From: Thermomicrobiales bacterium
GTDB lineage: Bacteria > Chloroflexota > Chloroflexia > Thermomicrobiales > UBA6265
DNA length: 64,000 nt
Direction: 5' to 3'
Assembly: GCA_042408955.1 (NCBI GenBank)
Contig: JBHOQQ010000136.1
Coordinates: 3,750-67,749 of the forward strand
Shown: positions 58,779 to 64,000 of the stretch, in pieces
Layout of the letters: each line of letters starts with the position of its first letter
Numbering within the stretch: the first letter of the stretch is position 1
Position numbers and translations under genes: made by a program
Notes under the pieces: generated by a model
Databases searched by the model: none
Told to the model about the DNA's origin: nothing
What the model saw: only the letters and a program-made list of their open reading frames with translations

Positions 58779-59367
58779 GAGCCGCTCCTTTTGCTTCCCG
58801 TAGCCACTCGCTCGTCCGGTCATCGAGGGTTGCTCGAAACCGGGCGGCATTCGCGACGTAACCGGTGGCACTCTTGATCAGCGCGCGCTGGCGCTCATCG
58901 TCCAGCATGCGCTTGACCGTTGCTGGCACCCCAGCCACCAGTGCGCCATCCGGGATGTCCATACCCTCTGGCACCACGGCTCCCGCCGCGACGATCACAC
59001 CATTGCCGACCCGGGATCGCGACAGCACTACCGAGCCCATGCCGATGATGACGCCGTTGCCGACGGTTGTGCCATGAACCACGGCTCGATGGCCGACCGT
59101 CACGTCATCTCCGATGGTGCACGGAGCGTCCGGATCAAGGTGGATAACGGCGCCATCCTGGATATTCGTGCGGGCGCCGATGCGCACCGGCGCGACATCT
59201 CCCCGAATGACCGCGTTGAACCAGACGCTTGAGCCAGGTCCGATCTCCACATCCCCAACGATCACCGCACCAGGAGCAAGGAACACGTCTGGCGCGATGC
59301 GCGGGGAGACCCCGTTGACGGCAAGAACCAATGCGGATGGTGGTGCTGCCACGGCGTTATCCCCCAA
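58768..59367 (-). CDS. gamma-class carbonic anhydrase-like / PaaY-like hexapeptide-repeat protein
   Basis: FLAPGAVIVGDVEIGPGSSVWFNAVIRGDVAPVRIGARTNIQDGAVIH. Confidence 0.85.
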   Translation of the reverse strand: MGDNAVAAPPSALVLAVNGVSPRIAPDVFLAPGAVIVGDVEIGPGSSVWFNAVIRGDVAPVRIGARTNIQDGAVIHLDPDAPCTIGDDVTVGHRAVVHGTTVGNGVIIGMGSVVLSRSRVGNGVIVAAGAVVPEGMDIPDGALVAGVPATVKRMLDDERQRALIKSATGYVANAARFRATLDDRTSEWLREAKGAARGS

Positions 59368-60541
59368 CCTCGATGATCACCGCGTCCCCCTGGCCGCCGC
59401 CAGAACAGATGGCGGCCAGCCCAATGCCGCCACCGCGCCGCCGGAGCTCGAGTGCGAGCGTTAGCACGATGCGCGCGCCGCTCGCACCAATGGGATGGCC
59501 TAGCGCGACCGCGCCGCCATTGACATTTACTTTCTCGAGGTCTACCCCGAGCCGCCGCGCCGAGATCAGCGTGACACTGGCGAACGCTTCGTTGATCTCC
59601 ACGAGATCAACATCGTTGATGGTCATGCCCGCTTTCTTGAGCGCCTTGTCCGCCGCCATTTGGGGGGTATATGCAAGATACGCCGGTCCCCAGGCGGCGG
59701 CCGCGTGCGCGACCATCCTGGCCAGCGGCGTGAAACCGTGCTCGCGCGCCCAGTGCTCTGAGGCAACCACCAACGCCGCGGCCCCGTCGTTGACACCTGG
59801 CGCGTTACCTGCCGTCACGTCAAGTGCGGGATCGAATGCTGGGGGCAGTTTGGCGAGCGCTTCCAGGCTCGTATCCCGCCGGGGCGCCTCGTCCCGGTCA
59901 ATAATGGTCCGATTACCGCGCTTGTCCACGATTTCTACCGGGACAATTTCCTCTGCGAAAGTTCCCCGGTCCTGCGCGGCAATCGCGCGCTGGTGCGACC
60001 GGAGCGCCCAACAATCTTGATCTTCTCTTGGCACGCGCTCTTCGGCCGCGACACGCCCGCCATGTACACCCATGTGGCACCCTTCAAGGGCACACATCAG
60101 CCCGTCGCTGATCATCATGTCCTCGAAGGTGGCATGACCCATCTTGAGTCCCTGGCGCGCGCCTCGGACGAGATACGGTGCTTGGGACATACTCTCCATG
60201 CCGCCGGCAACGATCAGATTGAAGCCCTCGGCCCGGATGAGCGTGTCCGCGAGCGTGATTGCGCGCATACCGGAACCGCAGACGCGGTTGATCGTCTCCG
60301 ACGTGACGGTCTTGTCGAGACCAGCACGGAATGCTGCCTGACGGGACGGGATTTGGCCAGCGCCGCCCTGGAGCACCTGCCCCATGATGACGTGCTCGAT
60401 GAGCGCGGGATCGACACCAGAGCGATTGATCGCGCCGCGGATGGCGGTAGCGCCAAGCTCCACCGCCGGGAGGGAGGCGAGCGCGCCGTTCAGCTTGCCG
60501 AACGGCGTCCGCGCGCCACCAAGTATCACGGATGTGCTCAT
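59357..60541 (-). CDS. acetyl-CoA acetyltransferase (thiolase II)
   Basis: VILGGARTPFGK, NRVCGSGMRAI (active Cys), C-terminal NVNGGAVALGHPIGASG and CSGGGQG. Confidence 0.92.
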   Translation of the reverse strand: MSTSVILGGARTPFGKLNGALASLPAVELGATAIRGAINRSGVDPALIEHVIMGQVLQGGAGQIPSRQAAFRAGLDKTVTSETINRVCGSGMRAITLADTLIRAEGFNLIVAGGMESMSQAPYLVRGARQGLKMGHATFEDMMISDGLMCALEGCHMGVHGGRVAAEERVPREDQDCWALRSHQRAIAAQDRGTFAEEIVPVEIVDKRGNRTIIDRDEAPRRDTSLEALAKLPPAFDPALDVTAGNAPGVNDGAAALVVASEHWAREHGFTPLARMVAHAAAAWGPAYLAYTPQMAADKALKKAGMTINDVDLVEINEAFASVTLISARRLGVDLEKVNVNGGAVALGHPIGASGARIVLTLALELRRRGGGIGLAAICSGGGQGDAVIIEVGG

Positions 60542-60638
60542 ATTGGGATCTCCCGGGGACGTGGGGAATCGGGCAGGGCCGGCGACGCTATGGACATGCG
60601 CCACTGCCTCCCTGCCGCTGATTCACGCTCGCCCCCAA

Positions 60639-61856
60639 TCAGTCCGCGGCCACCGCACCGGCACGCTCGTATCCAACTGCTGGTGGCTGCGGGCAACGCA
60701 GCGGCTTGTCCTGGCGATAGCCGAGCGCGTATTCAGCCTGGAGAATGGTGTGAATCTCTCGCGTGCCCTCGTAGATGACGGCTCCGCGCGCGTTCCGCCA
60801 GAAACGCTCGACCGGATACTCGTTCGAATAGCCGTAGGAGCCGTGGATTTGAATCGCGTCGTCGGCGGATCGCAGGGCGATATCGCAGGCATACCACTTG
60901 GCGAGCGATGTTTCGCGCGTGTTGCGAATGCCGCGATTCTTCAGCTCTGCCGCCTTCATGGTCAAAAGCCAAGAAGCCTCATAGCCAGCGACCATCCTGG
61001 CGATCATCTGCTGCACGAGCTCGAACTTGCCAATCGGCTGGCCAAACGCATATCGCTCGTTAGCGTACTTGACACTTGCATCGAGGCAGGCCCGCGTGAG
61101 ACCGCAGGCGCCGGCGGCCACGGTGAAGCGACCCTGGTCGATGCAGCTCATCGCGATCTTGAAGCCCTCGCCCTCCTCGCCGATCCGGTTCTCGACCGGA
61201 ACGCGAACGTTGTTGAACGCGAGCTCGCCGGTGTTCCCGGCCCGCACGCCGAGCTTACCCTTGATCGTTCCCGTGGTGAATCCTTCCATGCCCCGCTCGA
61301 TCATGAACGCGGTCAACCCGTGGTGCTTCTTCGACCGGTCAATGCTGGCGAAGACCAGGAAATGATCCGCAACATCGGCCAGCGAAATCCACATCTTCGA
61401 TCCATTGAGAATGTAGTAATCGCCATGCCGCACCGCGGTAGATTCAATCGCTCCGGCATCAGAACCCGCATTCGGCTCAGTCAGTCCAAACGTGGCGATC
61501 TTCTCGCCGCGCGCCTGCGGGACGAGCCAGCGCTGCTTCTGCTCCTCCGTCGCCCATTGGTGCAGCGCGAGGCTATTCAACCCGACGTGCACGCTCATGA
61601 TGACGCGCAGGAAGGTATCGACGTACTCCAATTCTTCGCAGGCAAGCGCCAGCGACACGTAGTCGAGGCCAAGACCGCCATATTCCTCAGGAATCGGCAG
61701 GCCGAGGATCCCCAACTCGCCCATCTTAGTCAGGATTTCGCGGTGAAATTCGCCCTTTGCGTCCCACTCACGAATGTACGGGGCAACTTCGCGCTGCGCG
61801 AATTCACGGACCATATCGCGAACCTGTTTTTGCTCCTCGGTCAGCTCGAAGTTCAT
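60639..61856 (-). CDS. acyl-CoA dehydrogenase
   Basis: MNFELTEEQKQVRDMVREFAQREVAP, GLTEPNAGSD, YEGTREIH. Start at Met71 of the long ORF. Confidence 0.92.
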   Translation of the reverse strand: MNFELTEEQKQVRDMVREFAQREVAPYIREWDAKGEFHREILTKMGELGILGLPIPEEYGGLGLDYVSLALACEELEYVDTFLRVIMSVHVGLNSLALHQWATEEQKQRWLVPQARGEKIATFGLTEPNAGSDAGAIESTAVRHGDYYILNGSKMWISLADVADHFLVFASIDRSKKHHGLTAFMIERGMEGFTTGTIKGKLGVRAGNTGELAFNNVRVPVENRIGEEGEGFKIAMSCIDQGRFTVAAGACGLTRACLDASVKYANERYAFGQPIGKFELVQQMIARMVAGYEASWLLTMKAAELKNRGIRNTRETSLAKWYACDIALRSADDAIQIHGSYGYSNEYPVERFWRNARGAVIYEGTREIHTILQAEYALGYRQDKPLRCPQPPAVGYERAGAVAAD

Positions 61857-61971
61857 GCCACCTCGTGTCCTTCCTTTGCGTCTCAACCATGCGCTCCGTC
61901 GTGGCGCCTCGTCCTGGCCACGGCAACACTGCCTAGCCGGCATCACCGGCTGGCCTAATCGCCAACCCGGC

Positions 61972-62000
61972 AGTATAGGGGAGCCAGCAGGCCGAGACAA
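61972..62000 (-). promoter_or_regulatory. sigma70-like promoter candidate for the beta-oxidation/ETF operon
   Basis: On the minus strand, TTGTCT (62000-61995), a 17-nt spacer, then TATACT (61977-61972). A 6-bp palindrome AGCCGG-CATCA-CCGGCT (61935-61951) lies between it and the acd start. Confidence 0.3.
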
Positions 62001-62116
62001 CTTGGTGAAAAGGCGCTGAGCGAGCTTTGGGCAGTGGCTCAGGTTGGAAGCTCGTCGGAGCCGCATCTAAAGAGGAGGCGACGAGGGACCGAGCGCGCAT
62101 CGGAGCTGACCGGTTG

Positions 62117-62150
62117 GCCCAAAAGCAAAAGCCGCGGCGAACCGCGGCTT
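62117..62150 (-). terminator. intrinsic terminator downstream of the tRNA fragment
   Basis: On the minus strand, AAGCCGCGG-TTCG-CCGCGGCTT is followed by TTGCTTTTGGG, about 28 nt after the tRNA-like 3' end. Confidence 0.65.
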
Positions 62151-62177
62151 GGCACACTTTTGTGCGACATACGCATT

Positions 62178-62205
62178 TGGTAGCGCATAGGGGATTCGAA
62201 CCCCT
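62178..62205 (-). tRNA. 3' fragment of a tRNA gene (T-arm, 3' acceptor strand, CCA); not a complete tRNA
   Basis: The minus strand reads AGGGG-TTCGAAT-CCCCT-ATGCGCT-A-CCA. No complementary 5' acceptor strand (AGCGCAT), D-arm or anticodon arm is present in the 120 nt upstream. Confidence 0.6.
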
Positions 62206-62286
62206 TTCGGTATTTCCCCTGGATCTTCGCGGGTTTTTCACCCTGGCTCCCGCGTTTGGTCACAAAATGGTCACGGAACTTGCCGC

Positions 62287-63468
62287 TTACGCGCGCTGCC
62301 CGGCTGCCGCCAGTGCCCCGGCGATCGCCTCGGCAGCCTGGCGCTGCATGTCCGCGGTGACGTGGCTGTAGAGGTCGAGGGTCATGCCGATGCTACTGTG
62401 CCCCAGCCGCTCGCTCACAATCTTCGGATGCACCCCGAGGGCAAGGGCCAGGGTGGCGCTGGTGTGGCGCAGGTCGTGAAAGCGGACGGGCCGGACGCCA
62501 GCACGGGCAAGAAGGGCGGCAAAGCGCCGGTAAAGGACGTTGGGGTGAAGCGGCGCTCCCAAGGCGCCCGCAAAGACGTAACCGCGATCGGCGTACGCCT
62601 CCCCGAGGCGGAGCCGGTGCTCGGCCTGCCGCAGGCGGTGCGTGCGCAGCGCCGCCAGGGTCGCTGCATCGAGGGCGATCCGGCGACGGCTGGAGGGAGA
62701 CTTGGGTTCGTCCTCGGCCAGCCGGGCCGTCTCCCCGCGCCCGAGCCGGCGCTGGACGCTGAGCGCGCCCGCCTCCCAATCGATGTCGCTCCACTTTAGG
62801 CCGAGGAGCTCGCCCCGTCGCATCCCGGTGGTCAACGCCAGCCGCCAGAGGGCTTCCAGATCGTCCCCCTCGGCGGCACGCAGGAACCGCCCCACCTCGT
62901 CCGCCGTCCAGACGGTAAGCTCCCCGAGCCCGCGCCGTGGCGGCTCGACCGCATCGGCGGGGTTGCGGGCGATCAGCGCCCAGCGGACGGCATCGTCCAA
63001 GGCGTGGTGCACGACGGCGTGGACGTAGCGCACGGTCGTGGGCGAGAGGGGACGCGGAGGCGCATCCTTCGCCTCGCCCCGGCGCCGGCGGCTAGCTGGC
63101 GTGGCCAGCAAGGTGGCATAGAGGGCTTGCAGGTCGGCAGGGGTGAGCTTGGCCAGCTTGAGATCACCGATGACACCGGCGATGTGCAGGCGAATCAGGT
63201 CGCGGTAGCGGCGCACAGTCACCGGGCGTATCGACGGAGCGACGGCGGCAAGCCACCGCTCGAAGAATTCCCGCACGGTGAGTTTCCCAGCGTCGGCAAA
63301 GCCCCCGCGCTCGATGTCGGCCAGCAATGTGGCAACGCGAGCCTCGACCTCTTTCTTCGTCTTCGCGGTAATCCGCTTCTGGCGGCGCTTGCCGGTTGCT
63401 GGGTCAGGGGGCAAGTCCACCACGGCGGTCCAGGCATCGCCGCGCTTGGTGATCGATCCTCGTGCCAT
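62287..63468 (-). CDS. tyrosine-type site-specific integrase (phage integrase family)
   Basis: N-terminal MARGSITKRGDAWTAVVDLPPDPATGKRRQKRITAKTKKE, a SAM-like core-binding domain, and catalytic HDLRHTSATLAL and LGHSSIGMTLDLYSHV. Confidence 0.93.
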   Translation of the reverse strand: MARGSITKRGDAWTAVVDLPPDPATGKRRQKRITAKTKKEVEARVATLLADIERGGFADAGKLTVREFFERWLAAVAPSIRPVTVRRYRDLIRLHIAGVIGDLKLAKLTPADLQALYATLLATPASRRRRGEAKDAPPRPLSPTTVRYVHAVVHHALDDAVRWALIARNPADAVEPPRRGLGELTVWTADEVGRFLRAAEGDDLEALWRLALTTGMRRGELLGLKWSDIDWEAGALSVQRRLGRGETARLAEDEPKSPSSRRRIALDAATLAALRTHRLRQAEHRLRLGEAYADRGYVFAGALGAPLHPNVLYRRFAALLARAGVRPVRFHDLRHTSATLALALGVHPKIVSERLGHSSIGMTLDLYSHVTADMQRQAAEAIAGALAAAGQRA

Positions 63469-63518
63469 GAGACAATCCTCCTGCTATGCTTCCCATGTCT
63501 CCCGCGCCGCTGAATGGG

Positions 63519-63546
63519 ACCTGGTCGTTGACCAGGTGGGAACCCA
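63519..63546. repeat. 28-bp direct repeat, copy 1 (contains an 8-bp-arm palindrome)
   Basis: ACCTGGTCGTTGACCAGGTGGGAACCCA, with an internal palindrome ACCTGGTC-GTT-GACCAGGT. Lies between the excisionase-like stop and the integrase start. Confidence 0.85.
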
Positions 63547-63597
63547 TGACCCCGGCGCGGCGAGCGGCTGTTTCAAAGGGCCGCGAGCGTGGCCGGC

Positions 63598-63798
63598 TCA
63601 CTTTGCGCCTTTTCCCGTTTCGTCGACGTTTTCCCGCTCACGCATGAACCGCTCGATTTCCTCGCGGCGAATCCGCCAGCCCGCGCGATCCGAGAGAAAA
63701 CTGCCGCGCAGTGCACCGGCACGCAGCCAGCGTTTCACGGTTTCCGGATTCACCTTCAACAGGTTCGCCACTTCCTGGACGGTCAGCCACTCATCCAT
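63598..63798 (-). CDS. excisionase-family / MerR-like helix-turn-helix DNA-binding protein
   Basis: MDEWLTVQEVANLLKVNPETVKRWLRAGALRG..WRIRREEIERFM. Start taken at Met9 of ORF 63598..63822. Confidence 0.8.
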   Translation of the reverse strand: MDEWLTVQEVANLLKVNPETVKRWLRAGALRGSFLSDRAGWRIRREEIERFMRERENVDETGKGAK

Positions 63799-63936
63799 GG
63801 TTCCCTCCGTGCGCTCCGTCACCCACGTTAGACGTCAGTATATCGCACAATATGCGAGAATGTCGTGGAATACTGCGCTAAAGACGGGAAGGTCCGCAGT
63901 CTGCTGCCACGGGCTACGGCCAGCGAAAGGGCCCCC

Positions 63937-63964
63937 ACCTGGTCGTTGATCAGGTGGGAACCCA
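63937..63964. repeat. 28-bp direct repeat, copy 2
   Basis: ACCTGGTCGTTGATCAGGTGGGAACCCA, identical to copy 1 at 27 of 28 positions (C to T at 63950). Lies upstream (minus-strand sense) of the excisionase-like gene. Confidence 0.85.
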
Positions 63965-64000
63965 AGGTTGCCAGCCCGCCATGAGCCACCGGACTCCGGG

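Larger units (their letters stand above)
62178..64000. mobile_element. end of a tRNA-targeting integrative element (prophage or genomic island) extending beyond the window
   Basis: A tRNA 3' fragment, then a tyrosine integrase, then an excisionase-like HTH in a row, abutting core beta-oxidation genes. The other end is not in the window. Confidence 0.6.

Noticed and set aside
60384-61958. 524-aa plus-strand ORF opposite the thiolase and acyl-CoA dehydrogenase genes
   Set aside because: Same shadow-ORF signature. It spans two real genes and their intergenic gap, and no motifs are present.
62178-62262. Calling a full-length tRNA gene here
   Set aside because: Only the T-arm, 3' acceptor strand and CCA are canonical. 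The required 5' acceptor strand (AGCGCAT or a wobble variant), D-arm and anticodon stem-loop cannot be built from the upstream 120 nt. It is reported as a fragment instead.

Overview
High-GC bacterial chromosomal segment, almost fully coding, mostly housekeeping genes. The synteny blocks dprA-topA-hslVU, rpmB / yloV(fakA)-degV-degV-recG, rsmD-coaD and scpAB resemble a Firmicutes-like or Chloroflexota/Thermomicrobia-like lineage; that taxon guess is inference only. The ORF track accepts ATG, GTG and TTG starts, and I refined many starts by homologous N-termini, SD-like motifs or stop/start coupling. Main blocks: (1) 1.5-10.3 kb, a seven-gene glycan cluster (2 GT4, 3 GT2 including a GT2::CE4-deacetylase fusion, a NodS-like methyltransferase, a Wzx-like flippase). 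(2) Opp/Dpp-type oppBCDF with no binding protein. (3) hslVU, topA, dprA. (4) A beta-lactamase-like lipoprotein, an M50/CBS protease, and an Rrf2 regulator with cysteine desulfurase. (5) scpAB. (6) A secreted PsbP-like protein with two MacB-type ATPases and a double-FtsX permease. (7) A second, permease-less oppDF pair co-oriented with an M50 protease and an HD protein. (8) A HIT::degenerate-Nudix fusion, a PATAN/DUF4388 protein, MFS, TetR plus LLM oxidoreductase, a PfkB kinase, queG. (9) The fatty-acid-kinase-like cluster, recG, rsmD, coaD. (10) A beta-oxidation/ETF operon. (11) At the right edge, a 3' tRNA fragment, a tyrosine integrase and an excisionase-like HTH marking an integrative element that runs off the window. 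No rRNA, CRISPR array, transposase or recognisable defence system was seen. The observations I rate highest are the NodC/NodB/NodS-like domain triad, the integrative-element boundary with its repeat architecture, the atypical HslV, the HIT::pseudo-Nudix fusion and two long intergenic hairpins. None is proven novel from sequence alone. All non-ORF structures were found by eye, so a computational repeat/structure scan could add to or correct them.
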